Sequence record: MH383160
Strand: one strand, 5' to 3'
DNA length: 64,000 nt
DNA from: Escherichia phage UB
The notes beneath the pieces were generated by a model that did not search any database, was not told where the DNA came from, and worked only from the letters and a program-made list of their open reading frames with translations. Of this stretch, positions 38,390 to 48,327 are shown piece by piece; within the stretch, counting starts at the first letter, position 1; each line of letters begins with the position of its first letter. Made by a program: the position numbers and the translations under genes.

Positions 38390-38897
38390 AGAAATCTTTT
38401 TCTTCCAGAATATCCTTTAAACTAGGAAACTCTTCCATAATTTCTTCTATATCCGATTCTATGAAAAACCCTGATGGATTATCGTAGTTTTGTAACAGAT
38501 AACTGAAAGTAATAATGTAAAGAAGTTCATTAGGATCGTGAATTAAACTTAGCTGGAACATAGCTGATTCTAAATCGGATTCAGTACTAAGATCAACCCA
38601 ACGTGAATTTCTATAATCAATTCGTACTTGACTTGTATTTGGATTCCATGTGAAGCAATGTGTACCAATATGACCTATACAACCAACCCTTGTACTGTCT
38701 CCGGTATCAACACTGATATCAACAAATAGTTCAACACTGATATCGGATGATGTTACACGACCTTTTTTCAGAAATAAATCATTATCCTTACGAAATTGTT
38801 TGGATGAAAGAGTGTCAATGATGCACATCAATGTTTTTGCAAATGCAACACAATGACGAAATTCAAGCCTATGAAATTGGTAATCATTGATATTCAT
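38334..38897 (-). CDS. family A protein
   Basis: 187 aa; ESAMFQLSLIH; 5' end overlaps neighbour so start is likely internal. Confidence 0.5.
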   Translation of the reverse strand: MNINDYQFHRLEFRHCVAFAKTLMCIIDTLSSKQFRKDNDLFLKKGRVTSSDISVELFVDISVDTGDSTRVGCIGHIGTHCFTWNPNTSQVRIDYRNSRWVDLSTESDLESAMFQLSLIHDPNELLYIITFSYLLQNYDNPSGFFIESDIEEIMEEFPSLKDILEEKDFYEDFRDLYDMHLELFKNG

Positions 38898-39436
38898 AAT
38901 TCAACCCCCAATATTTTATCAGCAATTGATATAACCTTATCATTGAATACATTACCAATCTCAATCCTTATATACATAGCAGGTGGAATCTTTCCTTGTA
39001 GTGAATAATATGTTTGTATACCTAAGTACTCATTATCTGATAATGAAAATTTGATTCTCTCCATATCAATGTCTGTTACTGGTAAATCAATCATTTCATA
39101 ATGGTAGTCAACGTTTTCAGTGTATATTTTATCGAAGTAATTTGAATAATCACTACTAATATAGATGCTATCATCACGAATAATCACTTTATAATCAGAA
39201 GGTTCAAATTTATCTTTAGAAGAAAAGAATGCATCATCTATCTTCTCTTCTCTTATACCGAATAACATTTTACCATCATATTTTACATCAAGAATACTAC
39301 CTAGTATATTAATGGTACAATGCTCATCAATATTATGACGTAAAGAACGAGTCTTGTATTTTGGGTTAATGAAAATTTTCATTAATTTTATACAAATGTC
39401 AGTAATGCATTTTACATTCTCATTTTCTATGTACAT
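38894..39436 (-). CDS. hypothetical protein (array)
   Basis: 180 aa ORF; motif not evident. Confidence 0.5.
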   Translation of the reverse strand: MYIENENVKCITDICIKLMKIFINPKYKTRSLRHNIDEHCTINILGSILDVKYDGKMLFGIREEKIDDAFFSSKDKFEPSDYKVIIRDDSIYISSDYSNYFDKIYTENVDYHYEMIDLPVTDIDMERIKFSLSDNEYLGIQTYYSLQGKIPPAMYIRIEIGNVFNDKVISIADKILGVEL

Positions 39437-39914
39437 TAAAAGCCCTCTTTAATTCTTTTACATTTTTAATGAATACTTTCATTGCAGAAATCTCAAAAGA
39501 TAATGTATTAAATTTGCAGTACTTTTTAAAGTACGACATTATGAATAACATTTTGAGTTCTTTTTCTGTGTAAATTAAACTATTTTGAAAGTAACTTTCT
39601 TCTGATAAATCATCAAGAAACGGATATAAAACTCCATTTGTTCTCAAGAACATGATACCTTCACTCCATGATCTAAATGAAAGGTAATCAGTCTTACCAC
39701 ATTCATATAAGGAGTTTATCATTCCATCAATCATTAAGGAGAACTCAATACTGTATCCTAATCTTTCACACTTGTATCTCTTATCTTCTTTCTTTGTAAT
39801 TACGAAGTGATGACCCAGTGAGTCTTTGTTATCGAAAATGAAATCAACTGTCTCTAAACACTCCTTAGCGAACTTCATAGTTTCTCTGTACTTTCGGTTC
39901 ATTAGTCTCTCCAA
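39420..39914 (-). CDS. family A protein
   Basis: 164 aa; EESYFQNSLIY. Confidence 0.55.
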   Translation of the reverse strand: MERLMNRKYRETMKFAKECLETVDFIFDNKDSLGHHFVITKKEDKRYKCERLGYSIEFSLMIDGMINSLYECGKTDYLSFRSWSEGIMFLRTNGVLYPFLDDLSEESYFQNSLIYTEKELKMLFIMSYFKKYCKFNTLSFEISAMKVFIKNVKELKRAFNVHRK

Positions 39915-40315
39915 ACTTTACCAGGGAAGTGTTTCTCGTAGTACTCATCATCACTTAACATATAATCAGGAGTTTCTACTTCTATGGTTTTGAAGATTGT
40001 TTCTGGAATGTGTGTGACTTTATTGGGTTGTACTTTATGTTCGCGTAAAACCTTCTGTATCGCTCCTAGACGTTGTAAATCGATACATGTAGGAAAGACT
40101 AAGCTGTACTGAAATAGCTCGTCGGGGGTCATTATAGACACATCCTTAGCTTGTTTGATTTTATTGTTGGCATCAATGAATATATCAAATCCTTGTACAG
40201 CATTATAGCTTACATAGGTTGTTTTATTTTTGTCAATAGGAGCACTTAAACGATATCCATATACCCCGTGTTGGTCAACAATGCATCGTTGCATAATTTT
40301 AATCATTTCGAACAT
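39902..40315 (-). CDS. family A protein
   Basis: 137 aa; DELFQYSLVF. Confidence 0.55.
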   Translation of the reverse strand: MFEMIKIMQRCIVDQHGVYGYRLSAPIDKNKTTYVSYNAVQGFDIFIDANNKIKQAKDVSIMTPDELFQYSLVFPTCIDLQRLGAIQKVLREHKVQPNKVTHIPETIFKTIEVETPDYMLSDDEYYEKHFPGKVWRD

Positions 40316-40661
40316 AATTTACCTCGTATGTGTTATAATTCCACGCTTTAACACTATCCATTTGTATATCCTGAACTTCATGGAAATATTTAAGTACCTT
40401 CTGGTATTCCATTATTTCATATACATCTTCAGTATTGACAGTGCTCTCCTGAAACAATTCCTCTTCTGATAAAGTACTATAATCCGGGATTTTTATTTCA
40501 GAATATATCTCATTCATATATGAATCATTTTGGTAAATCTGTAGATAAAACTGATTATATTCAGGGATATAGGTTACGAAATGGTTCTTGTTGAATTCAT
40601 ATCTTGAAGCAAAGCATTCATTGCCATCCGTCATGTACTGAATTGTTTTCTTATTTTGCAT
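40299..40661 (-). CDS. family A protein
   Basis: 120 aa; EEELFQESTV. Confidence 0.55.
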   Translation of the reverse strand: MQNKKTIQYMTDGNECFASRYEFNKNHFVTYIPEYNQFYLQIYQNDSYMNEIYSEIKIPDYSTLSEEELFQESTVNTEDVYEIMEYQKVLKYFHEVQDIQMDSVKAWNYNTYEVNYVRND

Positions 40662-41121
40662 TCAAATAATCCACGCATTTATAGTAGACTGCTAAATCTA
40701 AAAAGAATCGTTGATTGTATTTGTAATGATTAAGTAGTGCACCATAAAATAACATAGCATTAAGTACTTTTACATCATGAATACAAGAACCCTGAAAGTA
40801 CATTTCCTCTGACATGAAGACTAAATCATTATACGGAACAAATACTGCTTCTCTAAATGTATCAATATTAATCTTCAAATCAGACCCAGGGCAATATGAA
40901 ATGTATTCGGCTTTGTAATGAAAGTCATTATCATCAAAGTACTCCGCGTAGATTTGATTACCTCTACCATTAGTAAATGCTAGTCTTCCTTTAGATGAAC
41001 TGAACTCATCGTATTGAAACATACCACCAAAAGGCTTAGGACTTCTGAACTCCTTTGCAATGCGATAGATATTTTCTGTAAATTCTAAAACACCATAGTA
41101 ATCATATTCTGTAGTAATCAT
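40651..41121 (-). CDS. family A protein
   Basis: 156 aa; EEMYFQGSCIH. Confidence 0.55.
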   Translation of the reverse strand: MITTEYDYYGVLEFTENIYRIAKEFRSPKPFGGMFQYDEFSSSKGRLAFTNGRGNQIYAEYFDDNDFHYKAEYISYCPGSDLKINIDTFREAVFVPYNDLVFMSEEMYFQGSCIHDVKVLNAMLFYGALLNHYKYNQRFFLDLAVYYKCVDYLNAK

Positions 41122-41594
41122 AAACCATTTTTCTCCAGGTACTCAATAATACAATCGACATTGTTCAGGTCCAAGTAGAAATGATCACTATCGGAATTTA
41201 GTTCATTTTTAAGGGCTGTTAAAATCACTGAACTGAAAACAATCCTCTCTGGATACACAGTACTGTACTGGAAGAACTCTTCTTCAGTGTTAATTACAAT
41301 CGTATTAAATGCTTCATTTATAAGAAGATGATTGTAGTATTTGAAATTATCTGAACTTGGAAAATGGTATGAAATAAAATCACCACTTGGTACTTCATCA
41401 AGTACTCTAATGCTACAAGTTGATTCATCTGAACTATAGAGTAACCCATCCATAAAGGAAAGGTATCCATTTCGTTTAATAACTTTATGTTCCCCCACGG
41501 AAAAATCTTCAGTAACATTCGCAAGGAATTTATAAACCCTGATAATGTCTTTTGCTATTTTTTGTGCATTGCTAAATGATAGGTCTTTGGACAT
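41118..41594 (-). CDS. family A protein
   Basis: 158 aa; EEEFFQYSTVY. Confidence 0.55.
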   Translation of the reverse strand: MSKDLSFSNAQKIAKDIIRVYKFLANVTEDFSVGEHKVIKRNGYLSFMDGLLYSSDESTCSIRVLDEVPSGDFISYHFPSSDNFKYYNHLLINEAFNTIVINTEEEFFQYSTVYPERIVFSSVILTALKNELNSDSDHFYLDLNNVDCIIEYLEKNGL

Positions 41595-41653
41595 TGTGAT
41601 ATAACCCTTTACAATTAATATAAAGAGATTATATCACAAAGAATCGGAGGGTG

Positions 41654-42238
41654 TCAAGATGGGTTGCGAAGTTCTACCATTTCTTTCCAAACTAATTGGT
41701 AATCTTCTAAGTCCAGATAGAAGTCTTCATTCCAGTGCTCATGAAAGTACTTATACATGAATAGAACTCCTAAATCGTATGCAGGAAACAATAATGATAG
41801 TTGAAAGTAGTATTCCTGATTTAAAACTATATCAATGAACTCTAATGTACGTATGCCACCTTTCGATGAACGTATCTCAATGTGTGAGGTATCCTTTATA
41901 CTGTAACACATGAAACCGCCTCTGAATTCTGGATCATATTCACATTCGAACTGCTCACTGTTGTTATAGAAATCTCTCCCACTTTCTTTATCTTTCGGTC
42001 TACGTACTGATACATGAATATTGTTATCACGGTACATTGAACGATTTAGTATTTTCAAACATTTGAACTTATTTTCTTTAATGAACTTGATAATATCAAT
42101 TATATCTTGTGCAGTACTGATAGCTGATTCGAATGTATCCAACTTAAGATGATTATATTGTGTTCCATTGTTCATTTTTTCATCTAACATATAAACCTCA
42201 TAATTCATACATTTTTGATTTGAACTGCATATGACCAC
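41654..42238 (-). CDS. family A protein
   Basis: 194 aa; QEYYFQLSLLF. Confidence 0.55.
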   Translation of the reverse strand: MVICSSNQKCMNYEVYMLDEKMNNGTQYNHLKLDTFESAISTAQDIIDIIKFIKENKFKCLKILNRSMYRDNNIHVSVRRPKDKESGRDFYNNSEQFECEYDPEFRGGFMCYSIKDTSHIEIRSSKGGIRTLEFIDIVLNQEYYFQLSLLFPAYDLGVLFMYKYFHEHWNEDFYLDLEDYQLVWKEMVELRNPS

Positions 42239-42533
42239 CTATTTCACATGGATAACAATTCATAATTTTGTTCAATAAAATCTGGTATTTTTTAATAACT
42301 TCTATATCAATTTTTATATTACTATTAAAAACTAATGATTCTTGAAATAATTCACCCTCGTCAAGTGAAGTAAAATCATTTATCTTCAACGGTATATTGT
42401 TGCATCGCAAGGAGAATGTATTTTCATCACGAATTAAAGTATAGAAATCATTATGTTTTTTATTATAATCAAATTTCACAAGTAGTAGTTTAATATGAGT
42501 AGCGTACATTACTTTCACTAATTCAGTCTTCAT
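42198..42533 (-). CDS. family A protein
   Basis: 111 aa; EGELFQESLVF. Confidence 0.55.
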   Translation of the reverse strand: MKTELVKVMYATHIKLLLVKFDYNKKHNDFYTLIRDENTFSLRCNNIPLKINDFTSLDEGELFQESLVFNSNIKIDIEVIKKYQILLNKIMNCYPCEIGGHMQFKSKMYEL

Positions 42534-42885
42534 AACGGAATAAAATTCTCCTGTACTGCTCCGGTCCAGTACTCAATCTCTTCACTGGATAATTATCAAA
42601 GATTCTTTTCATTTCTTTCTGGATTAAACATAAGAAATCAAAGTTACAATCGTACTTATTATCCCATACTAAACTTTCTTGGAATAACTCATCCTCTTGC
42701 ATTAGTGTAGTGTCAATTACATCTTCACGAACATAGCTATATACTTCATAGCTCTTGAAGCCATCTTCTGATAATTCTAATTCATATGCCGCCATATCAA
42801 ACATATCATCATGGTTTGTCTTCAATGATATTAAACAAGTAACTAATTTTTTAGTTGTATAGTATGTAATACTTAATGTGTTCAT
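42523..42885 (-). CDS. family A protein
   Basis: 120 aa; EDELFQESLVW. Confidence 0.55.
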   Translation of the reverse strand: MNTLSITYYTTKKLVTCLISLKTNHDDMFDMAAYELELSEDGFKSYEVYSYVREDVIDTTLMQEDELFQESLVWDNKYDCNFDFLCLIQKEMKRIFDNYPVKRLSTGPEQYRRILFRYED

Positions 42886-42890
42886 TTGTT

Positions 42891-43493
42891 TTATACCTCA
42901 GTATAAAGCTTACAATAGCTTTCATCAAAATCACAAACACTTCTCAAGTACTGACACAGGTCAGTAAAAATATTTACATTTGCTATATATACATTATCAA
43001 ATTCTACTCGTTGAAAGAATGTATGCATAGAATTTGTAATATATCTCATTGCAGATTCACGTTCCATCGTTAAATCATTTGTGAACATTGCATCTTCATC
43101 AGTACTGACTAATTCAATATCAAATGATTGCATATATGGAATACTCTTTCCTAGGGCATAACTATCACCATATGATGCTTCTACTGCACCTTTAGAATAC
43201 ACCAATTGATATAAGTCCGAAATAGGGTTATAAAACGTGCGGCAAATTGAGGAACATAATTTATTATTCATCCAATAGAAAACCCTATTTGAATTACCGT
43301 CAAATGCTATACGCAATCCATCACCATCTAGAGTAATAATCCCATCCAGCATAAAAGAGAACTGAACTAATGCTTTTTCTAAGTCCATTCTTTTGTGATA
43401 AATGATTTCTTGCATATAGATAATATCATTTACTAATTTCTTAAAAAACAAATGCACATCTGCACTACAACATTTATTTGCATTTATTGGCAT
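42891..43493 (-). CDS. hypothetical protein (array, degenerate motif)
   Basis: 200 aa; DEDAMFTNDL. Confidence 0.5.
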   Translation of the reverse strand: MPINANKCCSADVHLFFKKLVNDIIYMQEIIYHKRMDLEKALVQFSFMLDGIITLDGDGLRIAFDGNSNRVFYWMNNKLCSSICRTFYNPISDLYQLVYSKGAVEASYGDSYALGKSIPYMQSFDIELVSTDEDAMFTNDLTMERESAMRYITNSMHTFFQRVEFDNVYIANVNIFTDLCQYLRSVCDFDESYCKLYTEV

Positions 43494-44044
43494 AATAGTT
43501 CCTTATACATATTATGTACTTTACAAATCTCATTATAGTATTTCATATCAATATCATTTGTATTAAAAACGGAAACAGACAATACCGCTAAATCATCAAT
43601 GAAGTAATTATTATCGGCGTACTCTTTTAACTTATTGAACATATAGATGCATTTTATACTTAATTCATCATGCAACACACTGTTCTGAAAAATATTCTCT
43701 TCAGTATTAGGAGATAAGTAATCTTCAATTATATACGATAAACTACTATCGCAATCTTTATAGATTGAAATTGATGGATGTAATGTGTCATACATTACAC
43801 TAAACAGATCACCGTCATATGTGGATATTAAACTATTATTGGAAACAGTAGGATGATAATATTTCAGTACTGAAAACTTTGAACAATCAGTGCAGTAAAA
43901 ATGATCCATCCCTCGACGACTTTCGTATGAGAATAGTTTACTTGTATATTCAATCCCTTTGGTGCGACGGATTGTTTCATGCATTTCTGCACATTGCATT
44001 AAAATTACCATACGTTCAAACGCAAGATCTAAATCATCGTACAT
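43484..44044 (-). CDS. family A protein
   Basis: 186 aa; EENIFQNSVLH. Confidence 0.55.
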   Translation of the reverse strand: MYDDLDLAFERMVILMQCAEMHETIRRTKGIEYTSKLFSYESRRGMDHFYCTDCSKFSVLKYYHPTVSNNSLISTYDGDLFSVMYDTLHPSISIYKDCDSSLSYIIEDYLSPNTEENIFQNSVLHDELSIKCIYMFNKLKEYADNNYFIDDLAVLSVSVFNTNDIDMKYYNEICKVHNMYKELLCQ

Positions 44045-44225
44045 AACGGATATCCTTCTTCAACGAATTAATATATTCCAAAATAACTTGTTCCTGATAT
44101 TGAGTTCCCAAGTACATCAGGACTTTCAACTCTTTGAATTCAGTACTATATGAGTCTGTTTGCATCATTCTAGTAGAATATATATTGAATAGTTTAGCAA
44201 TGTCATTTTGGTCTATTATTTTCAT
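44034..44225 (-). CDS. family B small protein (outlier copy)
   Basis: 63 aa; LMYLGTQYQEQV. Confidence 0.45.
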   Translation of the reverse strand: MKIIDQNDIAKLFNIYSTRMMQTDSYSTEFKELKVLMYLGTQYQEQVILEYINSLKKDIRYVR

Positions 44226-44421
44226 ATATTCTCTTCTGGATTAGTTCCTGTAAGTGCTGAATATAACCCTTCATTGCAACATCCTGTTTGTTAGAGCCAA
44301 CGAAGAACAAGAGCTTAAAGTCATGGTAATCCATTTTTGGTTTAGTAGTGAACCATATGTCCCACACTGCACTCACAGTTCTCATGTATTCAATTCGATT
44401 AAATGTTTTTGAATACTTCAT
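44203..44421 (-). CDS. family B-like small protein (outlier copy)
   Basis: 72 aa; FFVGSNKQDVAMKGY. Confidence 0.4.
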   Translation of the reverse strand: MKYSKTFNRIEYMRTVSAVWDIWFTTKPKMDYHDFKLLFFVGSNKQDVAMKGYIQHLQELIQKRIYENNRPK

Positions 44422-44935
44422 CGATGTTCATCGCCAATAAGTTAATATACAAATTACTGTTAAATGCTATCTGCAATTCCATATAGAACTGAATGATAGC
44501 ATAGTCAGGGTCAGTACACGATAGTTGAAAGCACTGTTCTTCAAATGAATTGTAATTGTACTTAGGGATGTGAATTTCACGCTTCAAATCAGGTTGACCC
44601 CACTTCATCGCGTACACACCAATGTTATTGTTCTTTTTCCTTTTCTTAAATGTTAATTGTTGAATATTTCCTGCGTCATCCAGGAAAATAGTATTATTCG
44701 ACACAGGTGCACCAATAGAAAACAATGATGTATCAATTACGTGTGTCGCACGCACCTCACACTTCTGGAATGCCCCAGTACCCTGTAATACATAATGAAA
44801 ATTGTACTTCTCATTAACAACAGTACTAGGATCGATTAAACCAGTACTGCATTTTTTGAGTACTGGTACAATGGTGCGAATCTTTTTTGATAAATCTTGT
44901 AATGCATCAAAGTCATTGATGTTAACTTTCATCAC
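44399..44935 (-). CDS. family A protein
   Basis: 178 aa; EEQCFQLSCT. Confidence 0.55.
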   Translation of the reverse strand: MMKVNINDFDALQDLSKKIRTIVPVLKKCSTGLIDPSTVVNEKYNFHYVLQGTGAFQKCEVRATHVIDTSLFSIGAPVSNNTIFLDDAGNIQQLTFKKRKKNNNIGVYAMKWGQPDLKREIHIPKYNYNSFEEQCFQLSCTDPDYAIIQFYMELQIAFNSNLYINLLAMNIDEVFKNI

Positions 44936-45381
44936 TCGAATGTAGCCTCTTCAGTAGTAACAAAATTGGTTAGTGTATCCAGTTCAGCAGTGTCAAGATA
45001 AAATACATCTAGTACAGATTTCTGATATATTACACTGAATGTGCATAGATTGTCAAGTGTTCCTTGTTCATAAACAGTACTACCCTGGAAGTACCCTTCT
45101 TCAGTACTCAGGGATAAAATATCTGAAATTTTAAAAGATTCTTCAGTTGCATGTCTTTCTATATTAACTATATTGCCGTTTCGGTTCAATGAAATATAAT
45201 CGTATGCTAACTCAATTAGACTATAATTATCCGCATTAGTGTCAAATAAAGCGACAATTTTTCGTCTCAATCTCTCATCGTGATCATGGTTTTCATCAGC
45301 TAAGTATTCAGGATTTTCTTTGAAGAATTTAACGACGCGTAGAATATCATTTGCTTTCTTGATTGCACTTTCGTAACTCAT
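44932..45381 (-). CDS. family A protein
   Basis: 149 aa; EEGYFQGSTVY. Confidence 0.55.
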   Translation of the reverse strand: MSYESAIKKANDILRVVKFFKENPEYLADENHDHDERLRRKIVALFDTNADNYSLIELAYDYISLNRNGNIVNIERHATEESFKISDILSLSTEEGYFQGSTVYEQGTLDNLCTFSVIYQKSVLDVFYLDTAELDTLTNFVTTEEATFE

Positions 45382-45686
45382 AATAATTCAACCACTCCAT
45401 CTCTAAAGTACATATAACTACCACCATTGGATACTGTGAATTCTATTGTCCCCAATAATATATTATATTTTTTTATTTCACATGTAGTACTTGTAGTGTA
45501 AGGCTCACCATCTCCTAAGTACATTGACATATGACATAGAACTTTTCTACCAGCATATTTCTCTTCAAACGATTGTTCAAAACTATGCATAATTTGATTT
45601 AAAGCTGAAATGTAATTAATAAAGTCAGGTATTTCTGTCAATGAATTATAAACCGTACAAAGTGAATCAAATTCATTTTTAGTCAT
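45378..45686 (-). CDS. hypothetical small protein (K-Y-x-G family)
   Basis: 102 aa; EEKYAGRKVLC. Confidence 0.45.
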   Translation of the reverse strand: MTKNEFDSLCTVYNSLTEIPDFINYISALNQIMHSFEQSFEEKYAGRKVLCHMSMYLGDGEPYTTSTTCEIKKYNILLGTIEFTVSNGGSYMYFRDGVVELL

Positions 45687-46000
45687 TATATTTCTATCTC
45701 AATGTAATCCTGTGTGATTAAATAATCCCAATGATACTTCACCTGCTTTTGTAATTCAATTAACGTAAAGAAGTTGATCGATTTATCCCATACGAGCGAT
45801 TCCTGGAAAATAAATGATTCATGTTCATCGTAATAATCACACTCTAAAAAATCAGGTATATATTCACTATCGTGAATGTATTCAACAAACGAACTAGCTT
45901 GGCATTTCTTTACTACTAGTAATAATGAATTATCATGATCAAACAGATACAATAAACTAATTTCACCAGGGACGTACTGAACACTGAATAAGTTTTTCAT
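45686..46000 (-). CDS. family A protein
   Basis: 104 aa; ESFIFQESLVW. Confidence 0.55.
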   Translation of the reverse strand: MKNLFSVQYVPGEISLLYLFDHDNSLLLVVKKCQASSFVEYIHDSEYIPDFLECDYYDEHESFIFQESLVWDKSINFFTLIELQKQVKYHWDYLITQDYIEIEI

Positions 46001-46449
46001 TCTATACCTTCTGGATCTTTACGAAGTTCTTCGAAATCCAAATAAAATCGAGGACAGTTAACACTCTTTAAGTACCACATAATAACTAATGCTTCAAGTA
46101 CTTCATCATCGTAAACAGTACTGTTTTGGAAGTAATACTCTTCACTATCCCACGGACCTTCCAGTACTTCATAATTCAAAATTAATGGTTTTTTGCGATT
46201 AATAAAACGAATGCTACCATTTTCAACATAACTAATAAATTCTGCATCTCTATTGTATTCAGAAAACGATATAGGACTATTGGAATTCAACCCAAGAATA
46301 ACCCTTACACCAACGGAGTTATTATACATTTCATCCTTGTAGTAGTTGCCGTTCTCGGCTTTGTACACTTCTTTGAACTTTCCTGCCTTTATATCGTCAA
46401 AGTATCCATGTAGTTCTTTTGCTTTTTCAAGAGCACTTTGTAATGACAT
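45997..46449 (-). CDS. family A protein, MSLQSAL subfamily
   Basis: 150 aa; N-terminus MSLQSALEKAKELH; EEYYFQNSTVYDDEVLEALVIMWYLKSV. Confidence 0.6.
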   Translation of the reverse strand: MSLQSALEKAKELHGYFDDIKAGKFKEVYKAENGNYYKDEMYNNSVGVRVILGLNSNSPISFSEYNRDAEFISYVENGSIRFINRKKPLILNYEVLEGPWDSEEYYFQNSTVYDDEVLEALVIMWYLKSVNCPRFYLDFEELRKDPEGIE

Positions 46450-46915
46450 TACCTTCTCCTACAGTATTCTCTACATATTCATAATCAAAATAGAAACTAC
46501 TGGAGTCAATACTTTTGAAATACCACATAATTACAATAACATCTAATTCTTCTTCATTGTACAACGTACTATTCTGGAAGTAATATTCTTCACTATCCCA
46601 CGGTCCTTCCAGTACTGAATAAGGAATGATAGTGTCATCAGCATCACTATCTGTGTTGTAGATGGTAATATCTTCATTACGGCAATAACTAATGTACTGA
46701 TTGTACATATGATATTCACAGTTATCACTGTCACCAGTATCAGTGTGCAGTACTAATGTTTCTGCACATATCTCGGACTCGTCATAATCGTCACGGTCTT
46801 TTACAAAAAATTCAGTATCAGATGTTTTATACACCCCAGGTACTGAACCTTCCTGTACCATAATCATGTACTCATGAATCTTCTTTGCTTCTTTCAATGC
46901 ACTTTGTAACGACAT
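46427..46915 (-). CDS. family A protein, MSLQSAL subfamily
   Basis: 162 aa; MSLQSALKEAKKIH; EEYYFQNSTLYNEEELDVIVIMWYFKSI. Confidence 0.6.
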   Translation of the reverse strand: MSLQSALKEAKKIHEYMIMVQEGSVPGVYKTSDTEFFVKDRDDYDESEICAETLVLHTDTGDSDNCEYHMYNQYISYCRNEDITIYNTDSDADDTIIPYSVLEGPWDSEEYYFQNSTLYNEEELDVIVIMWYFKSIDSSSFYFDYEYVENTVGEGNVITKCS

Positions 46916-47358
46916 TACAAATCCCCTGTACTTAAATATTCACATGCTCCCCAGTCAAGAAAAAATGGTTCAAACTTCAATTCCTTAAAGTACCACAAAA
47001 CAACCAAGGAATCAAGCATTTCTTGGTTAAAAATAAGACTCTGTTGGAAGTAATACTCTTCAGTACCCCACGGGCCATCAAGTACCCCGAAGTCAACAGG
47101 TGTATTTGATGTGTCAAACGTAATCTTAGTACCTGGAATATATACAAAAAAACTAGTATATTGACTACATGAAGAGTACTGTATAGTATTGTCTTTATCC
47201 TGTCCCATAAGTAAAATATCATCAGAGTATGTCTTTATACCTGATAGATAATACTCATCACCAAATGCACTTACTTTATCACCATAGAACCCACTTTTTA
47301 TGTTATCGTGGAAGTGATGTATTCTGTGTGCTAGTTCAAGTGCACTTGCTAAACTCAT
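46915..47358 (-). CDS. family A protein, MSLQSAL subfamily
   Basis: 147 aa; MSLASALELAHRIH; EEYYFQQSLIFNQEMLDSLVVLWYFKEL. Confidence 0.6.
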   Translation of the reverse strand: MSLASALELAHRIHHFHDNIKSGFYGDKVSAFGDEYYLSGIKTYSDDILLMGQDKDNTIQYSSCSQYTSFFVYIPGTKITFDTSNTPVDFGVLDGPWGTEEYYFQQSLIFNQEMLDSLVVLWYFKELKFEPFFLDWGACEYLSTGDL

Positions 47359-47825
47359 ATATCCTCTTTAATAACTCGTAGTAGATCCAAGTCCAAATAG
47401 AAGCTAGGACAATCTGTATTATTAAAGTACCACAGAATGACAAGCTTGTCAAGTACATCTTCCTCGTAGATAGTATTCTGCTGGAAGTAGTACTCTTCAC
47501 TTCCCCAGTCATTATCCAGTACTGAATACGGAAGATGTTTCTCTGCTGCACCAGATATAATGTCAGAATCTTGTATTAAAATATCAGCATCACGACAGAA
47601 GTACATGTAATTATCTTCCAAATTAACATCACACCCATTGAGTGTTGTTTCAGAAGAATCTAAGTTTTCTTCATACATGTGAATGTACTCACTACTGTCA
47701 TCGTATCTCATTCGACAATAAGATTTACCTTCCTTGAATAGATATCCATTAAGACAATTTGCTACAATTTCTTTGCTGCATAAATCAATTAACTTCGCAA
47801 TCTCTAATGCTCTTTCTAAACTCAT
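47355..47825 (-). CDS. family A protein, MSLQSAL subfamily
   Basis: 156 aa; MSLERALEIAKLID; EEYYFQQNTIYEEDVLDKLVILWYFNNT. Confidence 0.6.
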   Translation of the reverse strand: MSLERALEIAKLIDLCSKEIVANCLNGYLFKEGKSYCRMRYDDSSEYIHMYEENLDSSETTLNGCDVNLEDNYMYFCRDADILIQDSDIISGAAEKHLPYSVLDNDWGSEEYYFQQNTIYEEDVLDKLVILWYFNNTDCPSFYLDLDLLRVIKEDI

Positions 47826-47826
47826 T

Positions 47827-48318
47827 TCAACCCCTGTTAATACCGTTATCTACAGTTTTCTTTACGTATTTGTAATCGAAATAGAAGTTCCCAGAACCAA
47901 TACTTTTAAAGTACCACATAATTATAATAACATCAAGTACTTCATTATCATATACAGTACTTTGTTGGAAGTAATACTCTTCACTATCCCACGGACCTTC
48001 CAGTACTTCACTCGGAATTATAATGTCATTGGAATCGCTGTCAGTACTGTTGATGGTATCTGTATCATTAATATAGACCATGTACTCATTATGCATATTA
48101 ATGAAGCATTCATAATCATTAGGGTCGGTATCTAGTATGCACGTTTCTGTATCCAGTACGCACGTTTCTGTATCTGAGCAGTCATTATAAAGGAGGTTAT
48201 CCGGTACATAATATTGAGTACTTGTGTCTTTGAAAACACCGTAAACTGAACCTTCTTTTGCCATATTCATGTACTCATGAATCTTCTTTGCTTTTTCCAA
48301 TGAACTCTGTAATGTCAT
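47827..48318 (-). CDS. family A protein, MSLQSAL subfamily
   Basis: 163 aa; MTLQSSLEKAKKIH; EEYYFQQSTVYDNEVLDVIIIMWYFKSI. Confidence 0.6.
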   Translation of the reverse strand: MTLQSSLEKAKKIHEYMNMAKEGSVYGVFKDTSTQYYVPDNLLYNDCSDTETCVLDTETCILDTDPNDYECFINMHNEYMVYINDTDTINSTDSDSNDIIIPSEVLEGPWDSEEYYFQQSTVYDNEVLDVIIIMWYFKSIGSGNFYFDYKYVKKTVDNGINRG

Positions 48319-48327
48319 TTTATAATC

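Noticed and set aside
39420-48318. Literal relationship to potyvirus (TEV) polyprotein processing
   Set aside because: The E-x-x-Y-x-Q-G/S resemblance is limited to a subset of members and there is no polyprotein or NIa-like protease in the window; kept only as a motif-level analogy.
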